A program made the position numbers and the translations under genes. From Octopus sinensis (lineage: Eukaryota), in contig NC_043002.1 of assembly GCF_006345805.1 (NCBI RefSeq), positions 62,372,001-62,436,000 on the forward strand: a DNA stretch of 64,000 bases, given 5' to 3'. The notes under the pieces were generated by a model. It worked only from the letters and a program-made list of their open reading frames with translations. It was not told where the DNA came from and did not search any database. Every line of letters starts with the position of its first letter. The stretch's first letter is position 1. This document shows, one piece after another, positions 1 to 12,865 of the stretch.

Positions 1-500
1 CGGAGTAGTGATGACAGATTTTCTGGCAAAGGGTACCACGATTGCAGGAGCCTATTATGCTTTACTTTTGAGGAAATTAAGAGAAGTTATCAAAATCAAG
101 AGGCGGGGCAAGATCAGCAAAGGCATCCTCCTCCTGCAGGACAACGCTCCGGTCCACAATTCGCTTGTCGCCAGATCAGAAGCACAGGCGTATGGCTATG
201 AACTCCTCCCCATTCCTGACCTTGCACCCTCTGATTTTCACCTCTTCCCAATCATGAAGTTGTTTTTGAAAGGAAAGCCTTTCCCAGATGATGCAGCCTT
301 GATTTCTGAAGTCACGTTGAGGTTGAAGGACCAAGCTGGGTTCTTCTACAAAAACGGTCTCCAGAGCCGCATCAAACGATGGGAGAAATGCGTAACTCTG
401 GGTGGTTCCTATGTAGAAAAAGACTAATAACTGTGCCAAGTTTCGTTGCTCTACTGCTATGGGAAGTGGGTCAAGGGCATTACTTATTGAGCGCCCCTCG
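1..500 (+). mobile_element. Right end of a mariner element with TIR and TA target site
   Basis: The transposase stop is followed by ...GGGCATTACTTATTGAGCGCCCCTCG and then TA (501-502), a typical mariner TIR end. Confidence 0.85.
8..427 (+). pseudogene. Mariner (DD34D-type) transposase, C-terminal part, truncated by the window edge
   Basis: Motifs YYALLLRKLREVIK, LLQDNAPVH, PDLAPSDFHLF and RWEKCVTLGGSYVEK*. Only 30 aa separate the second and third Asp, so about 4 codons are lost from the HPPYSPDL motif. Confidence 0.9.
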
Positions 501-549
501 TACATCATATATTAGTTTACATATACATACATGCATATGTAGATATATA

Positions 550-618
550 CGTACATACATGTGCATGTACACACACACCACACACACACCACACACACAC
601 CACACACACACATATATA

Positions 619-705
<87 letters not shown>

Positions 706-750
706 AATATATATAGAAAGAGAGAGTTACAGAGAGGGAGAGAGAGATAA
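550..750. repeat. Compound (CA)n/(TA)n/(GA)n microsatellite
   Basis: Seen directly in the sequence. Confidence 0.95.
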
Positions 751-905
751 TAATGCGAGTAAGCAAATAGATTTTTTTTGCTGAAGAATTTATGCATTAA
801 GGCAAGAATTTCTCGCCTTAATGACACAGCAATTTTCTCTTGGTGTTGGCAAAAATCTCTAAACTAAATGAACTGCTGAGAAAAGTCATTAGTCGATCTT
901 TGTAG

Positions 906-1058
906 GCATTCCTTTGTGCACTAAATTTCTATAGAACAAAGCTTGATGACTCCTCCTACGACAATCCCGTTATCCATCGGGAATTGCAAATGCGTGACGC
1001 CATTTACGACATTGTGATCCAAACTTGTTTGCCTTGTTTGAAACCAGTAGCTTTGTGA
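906..1058 (+). CDS. Candidate terminal coding exon of an unidentified host gene (AFLCALNFYRTKLDDSSYDNPVIHRELQMRDAIYDIVIQTCLPCLKPVAL*)
   Basis: Acceptor tctttgtag at 904-905, then a phase-0 open frame of 50 codons to TGA. Non-repetitive, protein-like composition. No family recognised. Confidence 0.35.
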   Translation, partial: AFLCALNFYRTKLDDSSYDNPVIHRELQMRDAIYDIVIQTCLPCLKPVAL

Positions 1059-1340
1059 AAGAGATTACATACTGAAAAATATGTCTGACAAATGGCAACT
1101 TCACCAGTCATCGATTGAGATGGAACTAAATGGTATAGACTAAATCCCCTCACGATTTTTATTATTAGCATTATTGTTAACCTTGCTGCTGATAATAATT
1201 AAAAGGCGATAATTAATTATCTTAATGGTTTCAATGAAAGATGAAATTCGTAAAATACGTTGTTAGGACATGCGAAACTATTAAGAGTGAATACTTAATG
1301 CAGTCTAATATACTTTAAGTTAATATTTTTAATCATTTAC

Positions 1341-1557
1341 GGCGGCGAGCTGGCAGAAACGTTAGCGCGCCGGGCGAAATGCTTAGCGATATTTCGTCTG
1401 CCGTTAAGTTGTGAGTTCAAATTCCGCCAAGGTCGACTTTGCCTTTCATCCTTTCGGGGTCGATAAATTTAGTACCAGTTAGGTTCTGGCGTCAATCTAA
1501 TCGACTGTCCCTGTCCCACCAAAATTTTGTGCCTTGTCCGTAGAGAAGAAAAAATAA
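1341..1557 (+). mobile_element. Nin/Deu-domain-like tRNA-derived SINE, full length with 14-bp TSD
   Basis: Head GGCGGCGAGCTGGCAGAAACGTTAGC, B-box GAGTTCAAATT and central GGTCGACTTTGCCTTTCATCCTTTCGGGGTCGATAAA. TTTTAATCATTTAC is duplicated at 1327-1340 and 1558-1571. Confidence 0.9.
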
Positions 1558-1689
1558 TTTTAATCATTTACAATATTAACGAGAAAAAAGAAGTAAATTG
1601 AATAGTTGTGCTGAAGTCTATAAGCAAGGAAGATATTTCACAGCATCACATTTGACGAACCATAGAATGAAAATATCTGCAGAGAATAA

Positions 1690-2580
1690 TCCGGTTGACT
1701 GTAGCTGTGATGAGAGCTTGCAGTATTTTTGAATCATATTCTATGATATTGAATCAAAACCTCCTTGATTCCAGAAGGCTAATAGATATAGACTGTGTGT
1801 CAATGATTTCGTTAATATGAATATCTCAAATTAATATCAGCTCAAATAAAGTTTCGGCCCATTTCTGAATAATATTGGCAACCCTTTTCGCCAACTCCTT
1901 TCATGTCTTCTCAACTACATGATCTGGAGTAAAGCGGATTCCGAGCAGGATAGCCAGTCCTTCTGCCCAGCGTCTAAGAACTTATTGGACAGCATCGACC
2001 TGCCTCGTCAGCTACCGATACGCAGGTCCATCGACTATTCTTTGTTTCTTTCTGCTACAGTTATTGCCTTGTATTCTTTTAGTGCACGGTCCACCAGGTC
2101 TCTGTCGCTGGTGTTCTACACTATGACAATGATGCCGTCCGCATATTTTCCTACAGTTCTACCACTTCTTCGTTCACGCGGGTTGCAAATCAACGTCAAG
2201 TTTCTGCAATAGTGGCTCTAGATAGATTACATATGGAAGAGACGAGTGAACACACATTTGATGAACAGTGCGCATGACATGGAATCGTTCCGATAGGAAT
2301 TCATTCGAACTACATAGCAGATATCATTATACGTTGCAGCAATCCAGCCACTGTGGACGGTACCAAAACCGACAGCTCTTAAACAGCAACCAAGAGTTGG
2401 TGGTCAACTTTCTCTAAGACTTTCGACAGACCCAAATTGATCAGGACCCCACCCAAGCAAGCTTCTTTACCGTCCCTCTCTATGATGTATGACATGAAGT
2501 GGTGTTTGTCGTGGATAGATCTGTTTGAGATGGGGCATGTTTGTGTATCACCAATTGTGTATCTCCTCGACATGCGCCAC
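1690..2580 (-). mobile_element. Decayed Tx1/L1-like LINE reverse transcriptase fragment
   Basis: Minus strand reads GVLINLGLSKVLEKVDHQLLVAV (cf. ALISLDQSKAFDRVDH), RAVGFGTVHSGWI and RTVHQMCVHSSLPYVIYLEP (cf. RSVRQGCPLSPLLYVLALEP), with stops and frameshifts. Confidence 0.75.
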
Positions 2581-2989
2581 TCACCTTCATCACAGCAGTA
2601 ACAGTATTTCGAATCAGGAATTAGAATCGGACCCTGACTAAAAGAACGACATTTTCAATACTATATTAAGGAGCAACGTCATAAAAACAACAACGTTGGA
2701 AGCAACAGCTAGAAAAGTAACAAAAGAAACACCGCTGTTAAAACCACATCACCAAAAATAGCAACTGAAAGTTTCCAAACAACGTCAACATCAACACAAT
2801 ACATTTTATGATTAATTATTTGTCTCTATTAACATTTCCTTGACTTGACAAATTCTGTTTCCGTATCTTCTGTATCTCCAGAATGCAAGCTGCCTCTTCT
2901 ATACTGAAGGGAAACACTGTCACTAACCAGAATATGTTGAATTCTGGGAGATGTCAACTATTCTAAATTTGAATATACCTCGGCCAAGC

Positions 2990-3190
2990 TAGACTATTGT
3001 GAGCATAAGTCCCTTACACCTCTTAGTCGCGTGTTTTCTGGTCTTTCCTTTGGTTAGAAAATTCACTTTTATCCTGCCTTTATTTTCCTCCGTGCGACGT
3101 ACGATTTTATACTCCAGATTTGCATCACATACCTTCCTATATATTTGTGTGTCGCCTGTTCTATTTTTCATTTCTCTACCTACTTTTGGA
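2990..3190 (-). mobile_element. Possible CR1-like ORF2 C-terminal relic
   Basis: KNRTGDTQIYRKV and FLTKGKTRKHATK weakly resemble the CR1 C-terminal RRxRGDLIxxYK and TRGH motifs. Confidence 0.3.
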
Positions 3191-3279
3191 ATGTGTGCTC
3201 TGTGTTTTTACATCGAATGATACACTAATTATTCCTTGCAGTCAACGAGTAATATTTACTGAGGCAGCGCCGAAAGAGA

Positions 3280-6121
3280 TGTCACAACAGATCACATACA
3301 ACAAGGTGTGCGCAAAAACAGACGTAAGTGGACGAAGGAAGAGTACGATACACTTATTGAAAGAGCAAAGCTGGAGAGAAGTTGCGGAGTAGGCCGACGT
3401 ACCCTGAAATTTTGGATGGAAAAGGACATGTGTCCAATGTCAGAAAATAAACTAATGAACCAAGTGAGAGTGATTAGGAGGAAGGGTTACTTAACTTGAG
3501 TAGAAATATCTCCGATTAGTGAGAGAGTCTGCGAGATCCTGCGGATGGGCTCCAATGGATTGTCGGAGTTGAAAATAGAGAGGTAAGAGTTGAAAGCAGA
3601 GAAAAGAGCAGACAGGAGGGACAAGGAAATAGTGATGCGGCTGTTAAGGATAATGAACAAGAACGTTATACAGTGAACTCTGATACTGTGGTTGGTGGAC
3701 ATGCAGGGGGAATGAACAAACTAGATAATGAATTGCTTGAAGTTCAAAGACGACTCACCGACTTCATAAATGATCCAGAAGAAAAAAAGCCTTATGAATA
3801 TGAGAAAGGTAGATAGGAGTATGATAAACAAAGTAACACAAAAGATAAATACTGTAATATCACACATCCAGACGTGTGTTGAGGAGAAATTACAACTTAA
3901 GAGCATAAAATGGTGGAACGAAAGAACCATGGTGGAAACGATGGATTGAAAGGGACATAGTGCGGGCAAGGCAAGATCTAGGTAAAATTGAGCAATGGTG
4001 ATTGGGAGGACAGCACTTATAAGGGGAATATTGTGGGAAACTACCGGCCCATAGCATGCCTAAATATAATCTGGGAGATACTAACTGGAATATGAGCAGC
4101 AAAGACACACTTTCCTGGCACAGGACGAAATACTACAAATGAACAAAAAGTATGTAGAAAGAGTTCACAGGGTACCAAGGATCACCTGGTCATCGATGAA
4201 ACAGTTTTGAGGCATTGTATAAAACACCACGCAAACATGTCTATGGCTTGGATTGACTTTAAGAAGGCATATTATATGATGCCTCATTCTTGGATCGTTG
4301 AATGCCTGCAGATGTTTGGTGTTGCTGACAATATCACAAATTTTCTGATGCATAGCATGAAAGAGTAGAAAACCAAATTGTCTCAAGTAATGTATTCCTT
4401 GGAGAAGTTAATATTACAAGGAGCAGCTTTCAAGGGGACTCGTTTTCTCCGTTACTATTTGTAATTGCACTGATACCCATAACAATGACACTCAGGAAAG
4501 TTAAGAGGGGTTACCGATGTGGGAAGAAAGTCCTATCATTGAACCACCTTCTGTTTATGGATGACCTGAATTTATTTGGGAAACCTGAACAACAGAGAGG
4601 TTCCTTAACCAAAATATCCTAGATATCTGTTAGGGATATAGGTATAGAATTTGGGATTACCAAATGCTGAGTACTTAATATGGAAAGAGGGAAGAAAGCA
4701 GCCTGCAGATGATTGCAGTTACCATCAGGAGAGACCATGGGTGAATCCGACGGTAGTGAGTATAGATATTTAGGGATTTGGGAGCTGGATGACATTCTAA
4801 ATAGAGAAGTGAAAGTCAGGGTCAGCGAGGCGTACAAAAAAGGGTGTAGATGGTGTTGAAATCCAACCTGGATGCCAAAATATGTTTATCACAATGAATA
4901 TCTGGTCCGTTGCGGTGGTCAGATATAGTGCGTCCATCCTCGAATGGACTAAGGAGGAAATATCAACACAGGCTAGAAGGACGAGAAAGTTCATGACGCT
5001 GCATCCGAAAGCAAATGTAAACATATTGTATATGAGAAAAAAGAATGGTGCCAGAGGACTAATTAGTATAGACCATTGTATAAGGAGCGAAAAGTGAACG
5101 CTTGCCGACTGTCTGATAAATAGTGATGAAGACCTGCTGAAATATACCACGAAAGATATGGGTGTAAATGCAGATGAAATGATGGGCAAGGAGGAGTTTA
5201 ACCAAAGAGCTGAGAAGAGAAAAGAAGACCTTGAAATTAGAATGCATGGACAGTTTGAAAGGAATACACAGAACTTTCAGGTTAATACAGCATCGTGGGC
5301 ATGGCATGACTGAGATGGTTTGAGGGGTACCGCTGAAAGCCTGATCATTGCTGCACAAGACCAGGCTCACGCTACGAATTCAGTGAAGTATAACATCTAT
5401 TAAACTTCAGAAACCCAGAAATGTAGGCTCTGTGGAAAGAGTGTGGAAAATGTGACGCACTTAGTAAGTGGATTTGAGAACCTTGCACAAAAAGAAAACA
5501 AACCCTACCACGATAAATAGTGTGCGTATTTTCATTGGCTCCTTTGCCGTAAATAACAATATGAAGTAACAGAGAACTGGTATGAGCATGTACCAAGTAA
5601 AGTTATACAAGAGGATGGAACAGTAACGATACACTGGGACTAATATTTCCAAACAGATCGTGTAATCGAACACCTTCGGCCGGATATTGTCATACTAAAT
5701 AAGTGAGACAAATACTGTCAGATCACTGATGTAGCCATACTAAATTACATGAATGTTGTGAGTAAAGAGGTTGAAAAAATCACCTGGTATCCCGAATTGA
5801 AAGTGGAACTATATGGAATGTTATGAGTAAAGAGGTTGAAAAATCACCAATTACTCCAAACTGAAAGTAGAAGCGTATGGGATGCGAGAGGGTAATGTAA
5901 AAGTGATATCAGTGGTAATCGGACCGTTGGGCTCAAACCCATTGAAACTTCAAAACTTGTTAAGGGAACTGGAAATCCCAAGCAAGATTGATGTCTTGCA
6001 AAAAGCAGCCTTACTAGGCACAGCGCACACCTTAAGGAAAGTATTATCTGTCCGAGATCCTTGTTGTGACTTGACAGATGACTAAAGACACCGATGCATT
6101 TTTGCCTACACTGTGTTAGGA

Positions 6122-6193
<72 letters not shown>
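3280..6193 (+). mobile_element. Degenerate near-full-length R4/Dong-clade non-LTR retrotransposon (RT, zinc knuckle, RLE) with (TAA)n tail
   Basis: N-terminal RRKWTKEEY; RT motifs NYRPIACL, MAWIDFKKAY, FQGDSFSPLLF and NHLLFMDDL; CRLCGKSVENVTHL knuckle; RPDIV; C-terminal VVIGPLG...LQKAALLGTAHTLRKVL. Short 3' UTR, then (TAA)n at 6123-6193. Many stops. Confidence 0.9.
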
Positions 6194-6359
6194 TAGGCAT
6201 TGCATGTTGAGTGTCTTCCACAATAAGTTTACACCGAAGTACCAAAGCTTATAAAATTGCGGAATAGGGCCTCTGAGACCTCTGACAACAGGTTGGTGTC
6301 CGCTCTCACAAATTTAACCAGAGCAAGTAAGACCAAGAAGTAAAATAATTTGAACCATA

Positions 6360-6425
6360 TGTTGGACGAAGTGCCGCTAAGTATCTCTTCCGACGGCGTG
6401 CTACCGATTCTAGCAGCTCGCCGTC
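6360..6425 (-). mobile_element. Nin/Deu-like SINE head fragment
   Basis: The reverse complement reads GACGGCGAGCTGCTAGAATCGGTAGCACGCCG. Confidence 0.6.
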
Positions 6426-6477
6426 TTAATAAAGAAAATATTGTCAAGAATAAAAGCAAAATTGTGACGTCGGTCAC

Positions 6478-6600
6478 AATGATGACGATGATGATGATGA
6501 TGATGATGATGCGGGTGGTGGTGGTGGTGGTGGTGGTGATGGTAGTGGTAGTGGTGGCGATGATGACGATGATGACGACAATGATGATGATAACAGTGAT
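6478..6600. repeat. (GAT)n/(GGT)n trinucleotide microsatellite
   Basis: Seen directly in the sequence. Confidence 0.95.
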
Positions 6601-7179
6601 AAAGCCTGAGTGAATGTTAATCTAAAGAATATTAAAATGTAATGGCTGAATAATTACGAAAGTTACCTCATCAATAATAAGCAAAATAATTAGTTACGAA
6701 AGTGAATATATATGAATACCAATAATTCGATAAAAGGATATATGGCACATTAATACAATACATTGGATAAAATATATAGGAAACATTTATTTGGAAAACA
6801 AACGTTTGTATGATACACACACACATATGTATACATTATATATATATATATATATATGAGAGAGAAATTTAGATATGAAATAAATGTGTACATTTAGATA
6901 TGAAATGAATGGGTATAATTATGAATTACCACTTATTCGTTCCAGCCAGTGGACAGATGCCAAGAATTTGATATTAATCGCATTAGACATTCTAAGTAAT
7001 AATTTGAGACAGAAGACATAACAGCTCATTCCATATATCTTACGCTTGCTGTGCTACTAAGCCACAATAGAAACTGAACTTCTCACGTTTGTTACTAAAG
7101 TTTAGTTTACAATAAACCTCACGTATGCTTTGCGATACATCATCAGTGATGTTCCTGGTATCTCAGGCGGTTTTGTTTC

Positions 7180-7640
7180 TTTCAGCATCAGACCACACGC
7201 CTAATTGACACCAACCGGGAATTGATCAATTCCTAGCCTGTATCCCAATAACGAGCGATGTAAATACTAACCGGTAAAGGGCCATCGTGACCGCTTTTCA
7301 CACAAGAAACCTGTGGAAGATTTATCAGATATCCTATAACGACCACGTTTCCATTGATGCATTGTACCAAACGGCTGAGGATGTACAAGAATAAAGGAAC
7401 GCCGACTGAGCTAGATTGATCACCAACTAAGACACCCACTGAATGAATGCTATGAACAGTGTCTGCTACTTAAAACTCGACATGGTGGAAAGCGCGAGAG
7501 GAAACGAACAAGAACCACGACTTAACATCGTATGATTCTTACAGACTGTGGGATGTCGCTCAATGAAATACTTCTAGTGGCTGAAAATGGAAGCGTGTGG
7601 AAAGCCTTAATGAATTATGTCTGTCGATGGCTGTCGCTTT
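7180..7640 (+). mobile_element. Decayed RTE-like LINE 3' fragment
   Basis: FHTRNLWKIYQISYNDHVSIDALY (cf. RCLRRILRISWRDRVSNEEV), GKRERKRTR and LVAENGSVWK resemble the RTE C-terminus. Confidence 0.55.
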
Positions 7641-7656
7641 CCCTGTTATAAATATT

Positions 7657-8085
7657 TCTTTACTCTTTACTCTCTTTTTAGTATTTTACTTGTTCCAGTC
7701 ATTTGACTGCGGCCATGCTGCAGCACCGCCTTTAGTCTTGCACATCGACCCCAAGACTTATTCTTTGTAAGTCTAGTACTTATTCTATCGGTCTCTTTTG
7801 CCGAACTGCTTGGCTACGGGGATGTAAACACACCAGCATCGGTTGTCAATCGATGTTGTGGGGGATAAACAAAGACACACAAGCATACACACATACATTT
7901 ATATACAGACATATATACGACATACGGGCTTCTTTCAGTTTCCGTCTACCAAATTCACTCACATGGCTTTGGTCAGCCCGAGACTATAGCAGAAGACTGT
8001 TGCCCAAGGTGCCACATAGTGGGACTGAACCCAGAATCATGTGGTTGGTAAGCAAGCTACTTACCACACAACCACTCCTACGCCT
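7657..8085 (-). mobile_element. CORE-like tRNA-derived SINE (octopus OR-type resemblance)
   Basis: tRNA-like head, GTGGCACCTTGGGCAAC core, internal microsatellite and GGCGGTGCTGCAGCATGGCCGCAGTCAAATGACTGGAAC tail on the minus strand. Confidence 0.85.
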
Positions 8086-8874
8086 TTGCCGAACTTTGAA
8101 TAAATATTGATTGATAGATCCACATAGGAGCAAACCGCAGGTTCGCTTTCCAGAGCCAACTAGTAGACATATCTGCAGCTTCTGTAATGGAATTTATTGC
8201 CTTCTTTTTCGTTACATCAAAAATATTTATTTGCCATTTAATTATCGTCATACTTATTGCCCATCATCCGACGACATATATTCTGACATTGTCCGGCAGC
8301 AAGTCTCAATAAGCGAGCGTTCGAAGTTCTACGATGAATGATGTTGCACCTACCTTAACAAGACGTAATTTTGCTGAATTCAAAATAGTTTCAGTTTTCT
8401 CATTTGTTACTTGCATGATTTCTTCAACAACTTCTTGGCTGCTTCAATCTGTGATACGGAAAATAAGAACAAATATCATAACAGCTGATCTCTTACAATA
8501 AATTATTATTACTTTCAGGTAATAAAGTGAATCCTTATTTCGAAAGATATGAGTGCTTAACGCAAATGAGTAATGAGTCAGTAAATATTCTGAGAAGCGA
8601 ATAACTCGTCAAAAGTAATCCCTACCAAAGTGAGATTGCAATTCACAACTGTTAGAGCCAAAGAGGAACTTCAAACGATTGTGCTCTTTATAATTAACGC
8701 AATAGATATAAAGTAATGGAATTGTGCCGGATTTTGGGAAAGTAAAGAAAACTAGAAGACATTGAAATAACGGAATGCAAGCATATTCGGGTAAGCAGGG
8801 ACGTAAACGAGCTTTTGCGAATGATGAATGCCACAGAATGACGAATATAGCAGATGTAACCTTTGTATATACGG

Positions 8875-9405
<531 letters not shown>

Positions 9406-9590
9406 TATGTGTATCAGCAGGAATCTGTGTGCATGGGAATCATATTTAGAAGCGTTCTAACACAAAACGTCAACAGCTATTAAGAATAATCGCTGACATT
9501 TCTGACAGCTTCAGTAAGACAAAGATAATGTGCCTGTTGCACACAGCACTAGCTAACTTGAGAGCTATTCTATTTACCAAATATACGTAA

Positions 9591-9644
<54 letters not shown>

Positions 9645-9720
9645 ATAGATATATAAACACATATATACTTACATGTTCCTATATTTTATATATACAAAAT
9701 ATTTAGGTATATATATATAT

Positions 9721-10116
9721 GATTTGATTTTGATTTTTGATTTTTCCAGTTTCAGCTATTGAGCTGTGGCCATGCTGGGGCACCGCCATTTGGTTTGCTA
9801 CACGGTTTTACCTCACGGATGTTTGTTGGCAAACGCCATCTGGTGCATGAGAGAGTTCGATGCAGCTGCTCTCATCTGCACCTCCTGCCGTGAAGTTGGT
9901 TCATCCGGGACACCTGACAGGGAGAGATCCAGTCCTACTTTAAAGACATCCGCATCCACACCATGCAGGTCCCTCAGGTTCTTCGGGAGGATATTGAAGA
10001 GCCGTGGGCCTCTGAAGCCCAGGCTATCACAATATCTTGTCCTACATCTTGATGGCAAATTTGGAGTCCTTGATACTACACAGTGGCGTCCGGTTCTGGC
10101 ATTTGTGTGACTCTCG
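9721..10116 (-). mobile_element. 5'-truncated CR1-like LINE 3' end between (TA)n tracts
   Basis: [20 protein letters not shown]...[16 protein letters not shown]...AASNSLMHQ, followed by the tail GGCGGTGCCCCAGCATGGCCACAGCTCAATAGCTGAAAC and (AAAATC)-like repeats. Confidence 0.85.
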
Positions 10117-10119
10117 ATG

Positions 10120-10265
<146 letters not shown>

Positions 10266-10266
10266 C

Positions 10267-10321
<55 letters not shown>

Positions 10322-10597
10322 AGTGTTCCTTAAATGTGTATTACTGTTTTGAGATATTCGTATTTGAGTTAAGTCGATTAATAATCCACACACACACACA
10401 CACATTATTATACTTGTGTGCTGAATATGTGATCGTGCATATATATGACGTAGATTGTTACTTTATATGTATGTATGTATGTATGTATGAATGCATGCAT
10501 GCATGCATGCATGCATGTATGTATGTATGTATGTATGTATGTATGTATGTATGTATGTATGTATGTATGTATGTATGTATGTATGTATGTATGTATA

Positions 10598-11320
10598 CAG
10601 GGTGCGGTGAATAAACTGTCGTCTAAATTACGTAAAAATCAAAATAACACTGACATCTCATTTCAGCAGATATATTTTCCAAAATTACATAAAAATATCT
10701 GGAAAAACTAAAGAGTTAATTTATTCAATAAAATCACCATTGGCTTCAACTGCAGCTTCCAAATACCTTAGGACTCACCTGCAACTCTTCTGGACAGTTT
10801 CCTTGTTTAAGTTTGGGAATTCTGCTATAGTCGTTGCTTTCGCTTCTTCTTTGGTATGACAATGAGTATTGTTAGTCTCTCGCTCACCTACGCCCCACAA
10901 ATAATGACTAAAAAGGTTGTAGTTTGGGGCCTTAGATGGCTAGATGTTACGGATGATGTGATCCAAGAAATTGTCTGACAGCCGTAACTGTGTTCTCCTA
11001 CTTGTGCGGCATGATGCTGAGTCCTATTTTCACCCAGGGCTGCACTACCTCTTCCAGGTACGCCTCCGTGTTGAATCTGAGGGTAGGTAGGAAGGTGAAT
11101 GGAGGCATAACCTCGCTATCACTAGTGCTCTCTCCAAACACCATGATGTTGACTAGATGTTTGATGCACTGTCCTCAGACTGACGTCCAAGGTCTCTTAA
11201 ATGTTCGTATTGGAGCTTCCGATGCGAATGCCAAGCATCACTGCATGTCCATTTCAAATTTCAGGCAGAGTGAACTGCGTCATGGTGCTGCTTTTCTCAC
11301 AGACGGTGCCCAACTGCCCC
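10598..11320 (-). mobile_element. Tc1/mariner relic, maT (DD37D)-like
   Basis: TA|CAGGGTGCGGTGAATAAACTG TIR at the left end. Minus strand reads NYNLFSHYLWGVGERETNNTHCHTKEE...NLNKETVQKSC...LEAAVEANGDFIE*. Confidence 0.75.
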
Positions 11321-11585
11321 TACTATATAGTGTAGTGGAGAAAATCAAGAAAAACCAACGCGCATGCGCAAAATAAAAAGAAATATAAAATGGCGAAAAT
11401 TTACTCATCGCACAATATATGTGTGTGTGTGTGCATGTGTGCTTGTGTGTGTGTGTGTGCATATATATACACATACACATATATAAAACATACATATACA
11501 CGTATATAACTTTAAAATAGGATAAAATCTTTACCAGAAATTATCAAGTAGTTAGCGTGAAAAACCGTATCAGGGAAAAAATGTA

Positions 11586-11644
11586 AGGGCATTACTATAC
11601 ATAAAAGCCTCCTAGCGTGAGGCATTTATGTATTGTAATGCCCT
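11586..11644. repeat. 26-bp inverted repeat with 7-nt loop
   Basis: AGGGCATTACTATACATAAAAGCCTC ctagcgt GAGGCATTTATGTATTGTAATGCCCT, with 2 mismatches. Confidence 0.9.
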
Positions 11645-12041
11645 AAATACAAATAAATATAATGCATGTATATACACACACAATGCATACATACATACAT
11701 ACATACATACATAGAAAAAGGCCTATATTTTAGTCAGTCACTTTCCAGAGTAACAAATTTGGGGCTTCACGTACATATATGCACATTTGAACATGGAGAT
11801 GTCCCTATTTTCTATGAATGTCATTGTTCTGGTATCTTATGAATTTATAGGGTTTTCTAAAAGATAGACATAAATATTTCCTCTGGTATTATTTCATGTG
11901 TTTGTATTTTCTTTTGAACGAATTTTAATGCTGCTACTCAAACAAAATAATTTTGTAATGCATGTCGTCTCTCCTTCAAAAGGGATCAGATAATGTCCAG
12001 TTTCTGGACACGGGCCTGTACCAAGTCATATTCTCTAAATT

Positions 12042-12406
12042 TTTACTTGTTTCACTCATGTGACTGCGCCCATTCTAGAGCACCGCCTTTAGTCGAGCAA
12101 ATAGACCCCAGGACGTATTCTTTGCAAGCCTAGTACTTATTCTAACGGTATCCTTTGCCGAGGACGTAAATACACCAACAGCTGTTGTCAGCCGATGTTC
12201 GCGGAAGAAACACAGACACACAAACATATACATATAAATACACGACGAGCTTCTTTCCGTTTCCGTCAACCAGATTCATTCACAAGGCTTTATTCGGGCC
12301 GAGGCTATAGTAGCAGGCAGTTACTCCAAGTTCCACGAAGGGGAACTGAAACCAAAACAATGTGGTTGGTAAGCAAGCTTCTTACAACGCAGCCACACCT
12401 GCGCCT
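12042..12406 (-). mobile_element. CORE-like SINE
   Basis: Same family as 7657-8085. Confidence 0.85.
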
Positions 12407-12456
12407 TTATGATTATTTGTTACCGTTTATATTTTTTTGTTTCAAACATTTCCTAT

Positions 12457-12487
<31 letters not shown>

Positions 12488-12490
12488 CAT

Positions 12491-12545
<55 letters not shown>

Positions 12546-12589
12546 ATATATATATATGTAACTCAAAATGTAACCACATGTTGATCGTT

Positions 12590-12720
12590 GGTGATTTTCT
12601 TCCTCCCTCTTCCTTTCCATTGAACTTTTCGCTGTTTCTGAAGAAGAGCGTTGCTCGAAACGTAAAACCACTTTTCTCTCCTTCCCCGAGAGTTGTTGTT
12701 GTTTTCGTGTTTCTCGTTCT
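12590..12720 (+). mobile_element. Penelope-like element terminal (pseudo-LTR) fragment
   Basis: Pyrimidine-rich segment containing CTGAAGAAGAGCGTTGCTCGAAACGTA, the motif typical of PLE ends. Confidence 0.6.
12634..12668 (+). ncRNA. Minimal type-I hammerhead ribozyme motif
   Basis: GTTT CTGAAGA a GAGC-gtt-GCTC GAA ACGT A AAAC. Stem I is GTTT/AAAC, stem II has 4 bp, stem III is palindromic ACGT, and the cleavage triplet is GUA. Confidence 0.65.
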
Positions 12721-12749
12721 TCTTTTTTTTATATTTACTATATCTATAT

Positions 12750-12789
<40 letters not shown>

Positions 12790-12791
12790 AT

Positions 12792-12862
<71 letters not shown>

Positions 12863-12865
<3 letters not shown>

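Noticed and set aside
8354-8448. Minus-strand exon (QEVVEEIMQVTNEKTETILNSAKLRLVK|gtaggt)
   Set aside because: The best acceptor puts a TGA in that frame, and the alternative frame ends after 13 codons. A competing plus-strand candidate lies at 8519-8569. Unresolvable without RNA data.
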